Shown: piece by piece, positions 11,001-24,439 of the stretch
How positions within the stretch are numbered: position 1 is the first letter of the stretch
Layout of the letters: each line of letters starts with the position of its first letter
NCBI RefSeq assembly: GCF_964355755.1
Contig: NC_092670.1
Span: 22,368,795 to 22,432,794 of the forward strand
Direction: 5' to 3'
Length of the DNA: 64,000 nt
From: Antedon mediterranea
Lineage: Eukaryota > Animalia > Echinodermata
Translations under genes and position numbers: made by a program
Notes under the pieces: model-generated
Database searches by the model: none
What the model was told of the DNA's origin: nothing
Seen by the model: only the letters and a program-made list of their open reading frames with translations

Positions 11001-14000
11001 TCATCTTTTACTTGCGTGAACAATTTCCTTAAAATAAACAAAATAACAGATCATTTAAATGTATTTATTTGGTCCATGTGCAAGATAAAGTTGCTATACT
11101 GTACAACATCCAAAAAGTCTTTACCAACCTTTTGCATGTTATAATCTAAAAGATCCCCAGCCTTAGCTGCTAGCTTGCAGCTCTCCACGTCTGTATCTTT
11201 ACATAAAATGTCTAAATAAAAAAATGACACATAATGACAATCACAAACTTCTAGCTTACAAATACTATGAATACACTACTAAAGCATCATTTGTGGTATT
11301 AATATTGCCAAAAAATGTTTTATTTGATTTTAATAATGTTCAACTAGGGGTTCTATATACTGAGGCTGAATCCGGTTGTAGAACGAGTCTTCTCGGATAA
11401 GGACTATAAACTGTAGGTCCGGTGTACACATCTAGCTTGTGTGCACTTTAAAGAACCTAGTACATCTTTCGAGACGAGAGACTGATCACCAACTGGGCCC
11501 TCTGGGAGACCAGTCTTTGACTGAAGAGGTTACCCAGTATAAATATATATTTCAATCAATTTCAATCAATCAAATGCCTACATTCTGAATTATTAACATT
11601 TTCAATTACAAACACTGATGGGATATGTGTATATAAAATGTGACATGTTACTTAACTATCATTGCACCAAGAATCATTGATACAAATGACAATGTTATTT
11701 ATGTTGATATATATCAGAAAGTTTTAGTATAAATTAATGCAATAACTTCAGTAGAACTAGTTAGTTACAAACCTTTAAGCCAATGTCTGCATTCCATAAG
11801 TTCATCCTGCATCTCATCCACCAGGATAAAGGATGGAACCGTTAGAAGCACCATGGAAAGGGCAAACAAGAGGCCTCTGCGTACAAAGGGTTGTGTGTGG
11901 TATCGCAACACCCATATTAGCTCAAGCAGACTCTTTGCCATTTGCCTCAACACCTAAGAAATGTACATGGTAGTTAAATCTATAATTTGTTCTTTATGAA
12001 AAAAGTATCTTGCAATTAAATGTATCACAGTAAAGTAGTGAGGAAATATATCTTGTGTAGTATGGATGTTGGCTGAATGGAAAAAAATATATTTTAAAGC
12101 ATTACTAACAAATTTGATCAAATCTGGTGTTTTTTTTAAATGAGCATGAATACTTTTTTAGTAGAAATTACATGTATAAGCACATTTTATATAGATCTAT
12201 ATCTATCTATTTTTAATTTAGTTTTAATAGAAATAAAATCTGAGCAACTGACCCTTTCAACATGACAGTGGTAGTTCCATGATATAGGGTATAAGGCTTA
12301 GAAATTACTATCCAGTACTGAAGTTAACCTAATGTCCCATCTATTTGGTATCTGGGCTGACAGTGACTTGGACTGCAGCTGTGGAAAAGCCTACGAATAA
12401 TGCTGTGTGATACGTGAATAGTGAATATAGTGAGAAATGAATCTTACTGGTGCATTCTCAGCTGATGAAATGATGATACCTAGAGTAAACAACAGCCGGC
12501 CAAGTAACAGAAAATCATCCCCTAGCATGTCCATTGTATTCATAGAACTATAACAACAAAAAAAGGATAACACCTATCTACTAGTATATACAGTACAGTA
12601 TTTATGTGGTTGATGTGTGGCAAGCGCCATCACAGATTACCTCTAATGGATCTTAATTACGTAGCCATAACATCAGCAGGGGTTCGAGGCTCACTCACTT
12701 CATGGTTTTGGTGGTAGAACAAGTCTTCAGGGATAAGGACTATAAACTGTAGGTCCAGTGTACAACTGGGCCCTCTGGGAGACCAGTCTTTGACTGAAGA
12801 GGTCGGCCAGTATAAATAAAATATTTCAATTCACACAGGAACTTTGCGTCAAAAAAAAATTCATCGAAAAATGAATTATAGCCTATATTTATTCCTATTA
12901 AATAGGCATATTGCCAAGGCTAATATTCGATTTGTCCATAATGATTGCGTTTTGCCAGGAGTTTTCCATAATCTAACGCCAATTTTTAGGTCATATCATA
13001 ATTGTGCGTATAGTTTTGTAGTAATTTATGGACGTTCCAAAAATAATTTGAACCATGTTATACCGGTAGCAGAGCAAAGTTTGCTTATTTCTGCAAATGT
13101 CCTGTCATTATGTTCTTTGTTTTATTTTGGAGTATGGTTTAAACAACACTTTTGTAAAGTTAATAGTGGATAAATAAAAATGAATTTTGGAAATTGTGGT
13201 TTTAACATCTGACTTTATTTTGCATTTAATTCAGAATAATACAATTTAACATTTTGCTCAGTATAGCTTCGGCCCCCGACCAGTGGCTCCTGGCAGCCCC
13301 CTGGCCCCTAGCCTACAGTTGCTCGCTTCGCTCGCAAAATACTTGGTTTCAAGAAAACCCCGCTGATGCATTCTGGCTACGGGCCTTGTATTACTGTATC
13401 AAAAGTACCTTCATCGCGGACTTCCCCCTGTGACGTTCGCATTGAACGGAAAAAAAATGTTATCCTATATTGTTAGTCGCGTATGTTTTATTACCGGCGG
13501 AACAATATAGGCTACAATCCTCTGTTTGCTAGCGCACTATAGAGTGAGTGACATTTCCGGTGAACTAGAGGTGCAATTTATCATGAATTTTACGTGCGAG
13601 AGTACCATTTGCGGCCATCTAGCAGTGTCATTTAACAATTTGCTTGCACAAACACTCAGGGTCTACAGGCCTGGAGTCTTTGGGCAACCCTTTTAAAATA
13701 TTCCTGCGACCGCCTCTGATGTTAAGTATAATTAATGTTTATGAGTTGAATTGTGAAAATTTTCTATGAGTTGGAAAATTGACTGGGCCGGGAAGCTGGG
13801 ACATTACAAAAGACAGTGTTCCAACTTCAGGTGTAGAGTAGAAAAGTTATAGACGGCGTGCACAGCAAGTTTATTTCCAAACGCAATCAGTTGACAACGT
13901 CACATGGAAATAATTCTCAAAATGTTTACAGAAAGCTGCATTACACTGCGACTTCTAAATCCCACATGATGCCTAATTGACCAAATTGCAAGAAGACAAT

Positions 14001-17000
14001 TAGGTGTGTTATAAAATGAAATGACGGAAAAGAATGTGGACAATTCTTACTTGTCATATTGTCTAATTAATGGAAAGAAGAAGCAACCAGCATACTCTGC
14101 AAATCTATTCTCTTTTGGTTCTGGTGCTGGTTTCCTTGATCCCTGTGAAATGGAGTATAAAATTCAAGTGACCATAAACTACAGTTCACACCAATCTCCT
14201 CTCCAATCCTCTCAAACTTTGCACTAATACAGATATACACAGAAACATCAGTTTTTGCCTTTTAACTCCCTCTCCAATCCCCTCAGATTTTGCACGACAC
14301 AGAAACATCAGTAAATTATTATTATTTTGGATATAAATGCCCTCTCGAATTTCTTCATACTTTTCACTATTACACACATACTTAAGTCCTTTTTATTTCA
14401 ACAATGATTATTCACCTTGGAAAATCTTCTAGTTTTACTATCAATCCTCTTTTGAACAATATCTTTCCAATGCTCCGTTGTTGCCAGGCTTTTGTCAACG
14501 TTCCTAGAAACTGGGATGTTTTGATCTACATTTGTTTTATGTACTCCAGTATCAGGCTTGGATAACTGTTGAGATGCCTCAGCTAAAACCTAGCAAGAGA
14601 AAGTGATACAAATTTCTTAAGCCTTGTGATTGTTTGCCATGGATGTTTCAGGTTTCAATGTGGGTTGTTGAAGAGTGACATTTTAAATAATGAATAAGAA
14701 AGACAACACTGTATTTTAGAAATTGCATATTGAGAGTGTGGAATTTTAAAAAGATGTGGTTGCATTTTCTAGACTGTGTTAGTATATTATTAATTGTTTA
14801 ATTACCTCCAACATGTCAAGCCTCTGTTTGATGTTGTAATTCCTGTCATAGAATTCTTTAGTCAGAACACCTGAAGCCTACGCAAGAAACACATTATTTC
14901 ATTTTACAGTCTTATGATGCCAAGCACATTTTATATTACGCATACTTATAAATAAATACACCTATTATTATTATTAGCAGACTCTTTGCCATATGTACTT
15001 TATAGTTAAAACATGAAATGCATTTAAAGCATGGTCTATTAAAATTTCAGAAATTATATTTTTCCTCTCTTTATGAAAAAACTTGATAAGTTTACAAAGA
15101 TTTAATTTATCAAAGTAGTGGGGAAATGTACCTTGTTTTGTATCAATGTCGGCAGATTTGAAGGCAACTTAGTATGAATAACCTAATATGAGTCACTTAT
15201 TATTATAATTATTATCCTATAATGTTGGAACAAAACTGTAAACGTTAAAAAAATATACAACAAGTACAAATTACCAATTTCGGTGCTCTAACAGCTGCCG
15301 CCACCATGGCAGAATGGCGTAAATGAGAGAAATCTGTTGTGTTAAATCGATCTTCAATATGTAACATAATCCGCATATACTCAACACATACCTGTATAAA
15401 TAATGTTGACATTTTGAGGTGAAATTGAATATAGCATAAAACAATATATGTTTATAATCTTCAAATCAGTCAAACCCTTATTAAGGGACACCTTCAGGAT
15501 CAAATTGGAGGTTTTGTCATCCCACAGGATGGACAAACAATTTTACAATTTATTATGCTTATAAACTAAGTCTCATTTGAGGCTTAGGGAGTGGAGTTAA
15601 GCATTTTAACTAACAAGCTACAACTCCACTACAGGAACTACTGTAATACACTAACTAGAATACCTCATGAAAGTCTGGAGCAATGGAGACTAGATTAGCA
15701 ACAACTTCTAAAGATGCCTCAAATAAATCAGGTTTGTCATGAGACATGAGTCCTACAAAAAAAGAAAGCAAAGTAAATCAGAAAACAAATTTGTCCGAGC
15801 ACTATATTAGGGAGCTTCTGCTCTAACTGATGAACTAACTAGGTCATGTCAATCGATGTGTCGTTACCTGGACCTAGACTGTGTCAAGCAAGAAAACAAT
15901 TAATGCCCATGCCCACAATTAATTAACATTGACATACTATGGTTTGGAAAGGTCCAATTGACTGTTACCTTTCATGCAGTCTCGAATGTACACTGGTGTC
16001 TGGACTGACCTTACTGGTGCATCACATGACATGTCATATGGTTCAAGGTCATCATCACTAAATCAAAGACAATATATCAAACATGTTAAAGAAAATAATC
16101 GAAACATACAAGTACCCCCAGTTTGCTATTATTTAGGCCTTTAGAAGACCACTATTCACAAGATAACTTTATTAAGACACTCTCCAGTGAAACAAACAAA
16201 CGCCAAATTCCAACATTGTATACAACCAACACCTATTCAAGGGGACACCACTATCCAGTGATCCCAAATGTGTTTCTGTAATAGGGGTTTTACTTTATTT
16301 GTATACACTTTTATTTGTAAGTTTATTTAGTAATTAGATGGATGTCTGATAATAATGAGAAGTTTTAAACAAACTGACCAACCTATCTAATTCTTCTTCC
16401 ACATTTATTTCTGATGAAGCTTCAGTGTTCTTCTTTTCAGATGTTTTTATAACATCTGGTTGTTTTGGTAGTAACCTATAATAAATCAGATGATAACATA
16501 TACTTAGAATGTCATAATATATTGTTTGTTTTAAGATTTGGATGACAAAATCAATATGTTGATATCAAGTTTGCGGTACACAACATTGTGTATATAGTTC
16601 TGAAAAGAACTATTGAGAAACTTAACACATGGCGTACCTTAAACTTTATATCAACATATGTCATGGTTAAGCACAATAAATGCATCAAAAAATTACATTT
16701 TTATGAAAACAATTCATTAAAATTATTTAGTAAATTTCCATAACCTTTCATTATTTTCTCTGAAAGAGAGAAATGAAATCTATCATACAGATTATTACAA
16801 TACCTCTGAGTCTCCTCTTTACTGGGTCTTTTTGGAGGGTGAAGTAAAGACTTAAATGCTGCTGTATCCACACCGTCTTCATACTCAAACTTGAGCGGAT
16901 GACTTCCAGTGTCATCGACATGTTTGGTGAGGATCTCTGCAACCATCATACCGAGATGTCGCATATTTGGAATCGGAGATTGAAGATGGTGTTTCATACT

Positions 17001-20000
17001 ATCCATCAACAGATTTAAGTATACTAAAATGTTAAAAATTTCCAAGGATATAAATTAGCATATTGTTGTCTTTTATACGTTCATGTTGACATTGCATTGT
17101 GTACAGTGCTTTGGTCTAATACCCCTTTCACACCAAAACCGAAGTTTTGCTTTTGATGTGAAAGGGGTATAAAATTGTCTATTTATCGAAATACCGTATT
17201 TATTCAATATAAACGCCCTATTTGGAATATTTTGTTGTGGTAATGCATAATGAAACGACACCTCTTATCCAGTTATGTGTAATTATCCTTTCACTTATTG
17301 TTGTTTTTTTTTCTTTAGCATTTTTTTGGTACCCTGAAACTAAAAGCCTCATTACTGTTTTTGTCCTGTTTCCGGTTCCTGTGTTGTCCTGTTTTCTTTT
17401 TCAGTTTTTATTGGGCTGCCTTATACAAGCTTCGCCTTTTTGGAATCTTATTTTAATCCTATTTACTGTTAATTTTTATTTACTATGAAATTATAAGAGA
17501 AATAAATGTTACTTTGATTGATTGATTGACATACCATCTTTATTTGCAGTGATTTCCATCTTATTATGATGACCAATTGCTATAACAATAGCCTTAGATA
17601 TGTACAAATGTTGATCGTATGATGTATGTTTTACTGAACTCCCATCTGACCAGGTCTCAAGCAAACTTTTTAAAGTCTACAACATAAATACATCAAAGTA
17701 CTGAATAAAATTATACATAGGGAGCCGCACTGACAGTGGGTTTCTTGCTTTTGTGACTCCTGTGCAGGCATGCCAAATGTATCATATATTTAAAAGCATA
17801 AAAAATAGAGATTGTCATGTGCAATATTATTACCTTTGAGAGTAATTTTCTTCTTTTCTCTGAACCTGCTAAATAACCAAATATATTTTGAAGAAACAAG
17901 TCCTGAAAAGTAAAGTTACAGAATATTAAGGAACGAATATGGAAAATGTAACTTAAATAATCCTCAGAGATAGGATAACGAGAATGGTGAGAGGTTATGT
18001 GGTCGATCCCATGTGTGTGTGTTCGTTTCTTTCTATATTTGTTAGTAAGCAGGATTAATCAAAAAGTTTTATAGCTGTATGGGAACACGTCATTACCTAG
18101 ATGAAGGTTTATGCTCTCTGAGTGCCCTTCTAGTTTTTTATCCTAAGGATAGAATCTTGTTATTTGTTATGGCTTTTCTGTCAAGAGTACATTCACACAT
18201 AGTGAAATAATTCCTCACTTAGCTCAAATAAACTTACCTCAGGATAATTCCTCAACAGGAGGAGTTTCTTCACTAAAAGTGTCTGTAATGTATTGCTTTC
18301 AATTACTAAATCTCCCAACAGGTTACCAAGAAAACCATACCTAAACAAAATATATACAGAGTATACAAACATACAATAAAAGTATAAAATAGTGTAATGA
18401 ACTCAATACTTAGTAGGTACTTTTATATTTGTGACATCTGTTGCTATTATGATTGATTTCAATTGAAAACAATAAGCACTTGATAAGTAAATTTGTTTAC
18501 ACCCATTATCGCTTTTAGATGATATTTCCTACATACATTTTTATCTACAATCTTCATCGTTGTTAGGACATAGCGCGCTCTACTATTTTGTACCATTTAT
18601 TCCTGTCGTGTGCCAGTGTAATACAATACAATACTGTTTTCAAGACATCCTGTATCATTTTTTCTTATAAATGTATAGTAAAAGATTATAATATTACCAA
18701 GGTGTCTTCTTTAGAAGTCCTATCACAAGTTTTTCTAAACATCTGTCAGGAACATTTAAGAACATTTGCTCACAGATTTTCTGCCACAAGAGACTGTCGT
18801 CAGAAAGATCAACTAATGAGGGCAGTATAGCATCCAGTAGTGTATCTAAAAAAAAGAATCTTGTTACTGTGAATGTTTCGTCTGTAAATTATTCTAATTT
18901 CAGTCAACAAAATATTTGGTTGAGTTTGTAAAACATTGTTGCTATGTTATCAGTTACATTTATAATATTAATTTAGAATAGAAAAGCTAAAAAATAGTAT
19001 TATTCTGTTCTTTGATAATAAATAATTCTATTGAAACTAAGACCACAAACCTGTTTGACCATTTTGACAAATCCGTCCAATAAGAAGGCTTAAGAAAGCG
19101 ATGGATAAACTCATACCATCTATCAAGAAAGAAAAAGAAAATTACTTTATATAAACTTGTTATACCAGTAGTTTCTGCCTAAGTAGGAAAGTAGAATACA
19201 TACTTGATAGCCTGACCATTTTGTCTATGTATTTGCTGGTAGAACAGTCTTTGCAAGTGGCGAGAAATAAATGTATTAAGAAATGTAACATTTTTAAGAC
19301 ATCCTGGACGAGCAATGACTGGTCTTAGCATTTAACTTTATTCTTAGCAAGTGGTGTGAGAAATAAATAAACAAATAAGTAAATCTAACATATTTAAGAC
19401 ACGTACTGGATAAGCAACGACTAATCATTCAACATTATTCATAGGGTTGTGATATCAATATTAAACAAAATAGATACCTTGTAAATTGTGTTGTACTCTT
19501 GTTAAAACACACAGAATGTCTCCTGAAAGACTGGTGAAATATGGATGTGGGAAAAGTTCATGCCTATAAAAAATTCATGTTACAAGTTAAGTTGAAATTT
19601 TGACTACTGTATATAAGGACAATAGTACAATTATAAAAAGTATAACATACCGGAGTCGTTTCTTTAATGTGTTAGCAGCCCTGTCTGGTAATGAGATCAT
19701 CAATGTTACAGCGCCCTCCCATTCTGTCTGTCGTTTGACATCTTCTGCATGACCCTTTGGTACAAAACACTGTTGCCAGATTATGTCTTCAAATTTGTGC
19801 CTATTTATAAACTCTGTCAATAAATATACACACTTGTCTTGCTTGAAACTTGGTCTGAAAATTAACAGAAACAACAGCTGGTACACATGATTTCTGCCTA
19901 AATATATCTCATAATTTATATTCGTGCTATGGAATTAATAAAGACCCAATATCATAAAATATTGATGTCATATAGTCATGTTACCGATTTACAAGAATAG

Positions 20001-20624
20001 GCTTTTCACAAATTTTCCCTATAAAACAAATCTAAAGGCCAAGTAAAACATGTGGCAAACCGCATTTGCATAATTTTGGCTCACATTTAAATTAATCTGT
20101 AAGCTGAAGAAATGCTGTTTCACTTTTTTCAGAATATTGGAGGAATATGGAGGAACCAGAGTTTTTCTTTGATATCAGATTCATGCCAGAGCCAATAAGT
20201 TGGTCAGAGACCACATTAACTAATATATGATATATAATATATATAATAAGCCTTACTTTGACTGTGTGAAAGCATGGCACAAACACACAAAAGCATCCAA
20301 AGGCCATCCTTCTAGAAAGAAGACATCAACATAGCATGACCAATCATCTTTTGTCAAAATTTGACTCCACTCTAGGCTAAAATTATCAATAAGCACTCCC
20401 AAAAAGTGTACATAATGCTCATTTTTAAACTCTTTACGGGCGGACGGAAGCAACACCTCGCCGATCCAGGTGCTTCCAGATTTATCCTCATGGTTGGGCA
20501 AGAGAATTGCCAGATACTGGAGCTTCTGCTTAATATCCGCAACATCAGTAGAAGTGTTTAAGGTGTTGGTGACATCTTTGACTTCTGTTCTAACAAGGAT
20601 CTTTCCACTCTGACAAGTAGCCAT
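11001..20624 (-). CDS. TELO2: Telomere length regulation protein TEL2 homolog (TTT complex), about 841 aa
   Basis: Exons 20624-20257, 19854-19651, 19563-19478, 19119-19051, 18845-18698, 18340-18238, 17902-17834, 17676-17535, 17023-16804, 16475-16383, 16057-15969, 15752-15664, 15391-15275, 14877-14806, 14589-14416, 14142-14051, 12547-12448, 11953-11773, 11211-11129, 11027-11001 (last exon tentative). Motifs LISLPDR, GMMVAE, ELDSDDDLEPYDMS (CK2/PIH1D1 site), PVYIRDC, RIDSKTRRF, NRFAEYAGCFFFPL. Confidence 0.93.
11375..11572 (+). mobile_element. Deu/Nin-domain SINE, 5' truncated
   Basis: GTCTTCTCGGATAAGGACTATAAACTGTAGGTCC...GTGCACTTTAAAGAACCTAGTACATCTTTCG core resembling the Deu/Nin domain; (TCAA)n tail; several copies in the window. 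Confidence 0.7.
12606..12830 (+). mobile_element. Deu/Nin-domain SINE with tRNA-derived head and internal deletion
   Basis: B box GGTTCGAGGC, core GGATAAGGACTATAAACTGTAGGTCC, 3' CTGGGCCCTCTGGGAGACCAGTCTTTGACT shared with 11375. Confidence 0.7.
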
Positions 20625-20863
20625 CTACAAAAAAATATAATAATCAGGACTTTTTTCACGTGACTATCGGCATGATCCGTTGTGCATGTGATTTATTATT
20701 TTCAATGTGACATGCGTCTAATGTAAAGTTTGCTTATTGGCACGGTCGAAACAATTAATTTAACTGTTCTGATATCCTGTTGACTTTCGGCCGGTTTATT
20801 AATACTGCCCTCTTTATTTAGTCTTTAGCTAGGGTGGAAGAGGTGGCTGGGTGGTGGGGATAG

Positions 20864-23800
20864 TGTAGTAAATGCCCCTCCTAAATAATGTTTGAGCCTC
20901 CCAGCGTGACACAAGGTCATGTGACCTGTCTATGAAGAGTGGAGCAGTCTCTTTGGATTTGATTACCGATAGATGTACACGTGTGTTTTGTTCACCACTA
21001 ATACTGCTCCTACTAGCTATTAAAGCTGGGCATCAGTCCCTGGAGCCCGGATTAAGGAAGGGAAAGCGTACATGCTCTGAGAACGCAGCAAGTGTAGCCG
21101 TACGCAAGTACTTAATAATAATTTTCTCAATTAAAGAAAACATAATAGAAAAAATTATTTCAGTTGTATTCTTGCATTGTTGTGGACGGCAAGCGTGTCC
21201 TCTATTGTGTGATCTTTTGGAGTGAGTGTTATAGCAACATCACCCCAAATAACATAGGAAATATAATAAGAGGCTCAGGAAAAAAAAGTTTATGAAGTTG
21301 ATCGACGGAGACTTAGTATACAATTCTGGGTTAGAAATAGAGTTAAGTTATTCTTCTCCACATCCTAAAATGTCAGAAACCGGGCCAGTTCAAGAGAGAT
21401 TGTCCCAGACAGGCCTGACAAGTTTGACAAATTGAGTCTGAAGGTGGACCCAACCAGTGGAGGCAGACATCACAGCAGGCGAGACTGAAAAACCGATTGT
21501 TATCAACAGAGTACGAGCCAACCGAGCCCTATACACCACTACGTCTACGTAAACCAAACTGAAGTGACAGCTGGTGTGGACACGGCTGCAGACCGGACAA
21601 TATTCTTAGATAACGTCTAGTTTCTAAACCACATATTGTGGCCAAGCTTGTTTGGTGGTTTCGTTTGGGACCCAAGTACCAAGCGGCCATTGAGGTAACC
21701 CCGATGCAGGATGAGGTTCAACTGGAAGCAGCGACAGCCCAATGTGTGCAAACTAAAAAACCAGCAACGCAAGGACGCAGATAATCGCTCTGTCCTGCAG
21801 TGGTTAGAATGAAAGGATGGGCCCCCAGCCCGAGGACAAAGTTTCTTTGGCTGAACCGAGACCGCCTTCACTCATCCGACAATGGCATTCCATTCCTAAA
21901 GCAGGAAGATTCCGGTGAACGCCTCCTGGTACTACCAAAGGAATTGCAGTCACTCGCTTTGCGATTACACCACAACCTTCCTTCGGCTGGACACCAGGGC
22001 GTCGCCCGAGACCGAATTCCGAGTGGAAGAAAAGTTCTTCTAATAAGAAAACAGGTCGCAAAGGGCGTTACTCCTTGACCGAATTTCATGATGGGGGCAC
22101 CCATGGAACGGGTACATATCAATTTCCTTGGGCCATTACCTAGAACCAACCGGGGCAATGCTTATGTTTTATGATGCTGAACCAATTCATAAAATGGGTT
22201 ATTAAAGCCAGCCCACTTCCTTGTCAGACAACGGCAGTAATGGCATGAGCAGTGGTAGGGGACTTTTTCTCCCGCTTTAGCATGCCTTTAGCAATTTTTA
22301 AAGTGAATTGTTTAATGCTTTATTTTATTGCAGATCCACAAATTTGCAGCATCTCCTCCTGGCGAAACCAGTCTCACAGTGGTACGGAGTAGTTTAGGCC
22401 GAACACCCGGGTTGCGACAGAATGCACCAAGGCTTCAGGTGGGATAACTGATCCCCACCTCACATCCCGCCTTGCCGGAGGCGATGTAGCTCCTCTTCCG
22501 ACTGATAAGAGGGAGGATTACAGAAAATGACAACACCCCCACTCAACTCTACCTGTTTGCTCGTCGGACCGGCTGGTTCAGCTTGTAGCACGTCTTTGAG
22601 TGTACCATGTTTAGATAACTTCAGATGGGAGCGCAGCTGATCGAGATGAAAATGAAGAGTCAAAGGCTCTTTGGCTTGTCGTCTTCTTGACTCCCTGCCA
22701 TGAAGATGGAGACTGGTATCTCCTCTTGAAAGGAGCGCGTGAGAAGGTTGACGACCAGGTGGCAGTTTCGGGTAGAGTGGCAGCTGGCGACCAGCTGACC
22801 CATTTTAGTGAGGTCCATACGTTTGGCCAAGGACACCAGACCAGGGTTATTGATTGGCACAATACAAAACCCCTCCAGCGGTTTACCCCCTATTGCTGCT
22901 TGGAGTTCGTTCATCATCTCCAAAGTATGTTCCCTTCCAACGGCCTTCTCCTAGTTTAGGCGAGATATCAGGTTGTTGTCGGGCTGGCTCAGAATCTCCA
23001 TGGCCCATTTCTGGAGTGCCCACAGTTTGGTCCTCGTTTTCCGCTCGGTCGACGGGTACCGGAAACATGGTGGAGTGTGTTGGCCCCACACATGCCACCT
23101 GATGGAATGCACAAATTCCTTGCCACATCCGAGAAATGGCCAACGTTTACACTCCTGGGTCGCCGGACAGGTTCAGGTGAGATGGTCGGCTCTGGCTCTC
23201 GGGCTCAGTCAGGGGCCACATCCATCTTGGCATGGCTTCAGTAGCTGCTGTAGGAGTCGGTGTTGTGGTGCACGGGACCTCAAGGAGTAACCGCTCCCTG
23301 CTGGACAAGGGCCACCATTCTCCATCCACCTTTTGTTATCTCCAAAATCAACCTACGGGAATAAAAAGCAATTATACCAATTGTGATGGAACTGCTCAGT
23401 CCCTGCATTTTGCGCATTTCTACTTGTCGATGTTCAGGGCATCCAGCGGTGGAAAATTCACGCAGGAGCCTTGTAGTGTCTGGATTGGGAGACTAAGGGA
23501 AAGCAAGGCATTATGGGTTAAGGTAGATCGATATAACCACATGGTTGGTAATCTGTATGTACACACAATGAAAGATGCAATAAAGACACATAAGATATAA
23601 CAAGCCTTGGTACCAAACGTCCCAATAATCACCCTGAATCATAAATGATCCAGCCCAGGGTTTTTGACAGAAACAGTAAAGTGTGTACGGTGTGTAGCCA
23701 ACGTCAGTGGTATCCGGATCTGTAAAAGATAAATTATAGTTAGTTAACCACCCGGTCGTGACAAGGCTTGAGTTTGTCATGGTTCAAGACCATTACTCTG

Positions 23801-24439
23801 TTTCTCAGCTTGACCACAAGCAGTCCCGGGCTAAGTATTTGAATGATGCCTGGCCCCTTCCAAGGAGGACACAGCTTTTTGCACTTACTGGCTATTGCCT
23901 AGCACATATACCTTATCCCCGCGAGCATAGGAGAGGGTGAGAACACAAAGATCGTAGACCCTTTTCATGTGTTGCTGTGTCTCCCTACGGGTGGTCCTGG
24001 CCTTGTGGGCTTCTTGGAAGGCTAACCACATAGCTGTCGGGTGTCTGTCCATGTGGGGTGCCACCCGCTGCAAACATGCGGTCAGCGGGAAGGTTGATTT
24101 CCCGTCCAAGCATCAGCATGTTGGGGGTGTGCCCAGTTGAGCGGTTGACCCTTGCCTGGAGGACTCCGGTTAGCTGTTCAGTCTTTAGCACATGACACTA
24201 GATCACAAGACTTAGCCCTTATAAAACAGGGGGAAGTGCAGCGGAACAGTCTCTTTGGATTTGATTACCGATGATATATGTACATGTGTGTTTTGATCAC
24301 CGCTAATACTACTACTACTAGCTATTAAAGCTAGGTATCATCGGTCCCTGGAGCCCAGATTAATCCGTGCAGACACAACAAAGGAACGGAAACAGTACGT
24401 GCTCTGAGCTATGCTGCGTTCTATTGTTTAGCCGTATGC
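20864..24439 (+). mobile_element. Decayed Gypsy/Ty3 LTR retrotransposon with inverted 3' internal half
   Basis: Diverged direct LTR-like repeats at about 20904-21105 and 24188-24439 (CAGTCTCTTTGGATTTGATTACCGAT...CTAGCTATTAAAGCT). Integrase N-half on + (HHNLPSAGHQG, GAPMERVHINFLGPLP, to about 22341); integrase C-half on - (VNRSTGHTPNMLMLGRE, KKLCPPWKGPG, NHDKLKPC). Many frameshifts; no RT recognised. Confidence 0.85.
23472..23602 (+). mobile_element. 131-bp solo LTR nested in the Gypsy element
   Basis: TGT...ACA ends with imperfect IR TGTAGTGTCT/AGATATAACA, 5-bp TSD AGCCT (23467-23471 and 23603-23607), AATAAA at 23579; removal restores the host reading frame. Confidence 0.8.

Noticed and set aside
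7691-13173. Hydrophobic ORFs such as 7691-7963, 10869-11144 and 12844-13173
   Set aside because: Low-complexity products of AT-rich intron, UTR or repeat sequence, mostly without plausible exon structure or motifs.
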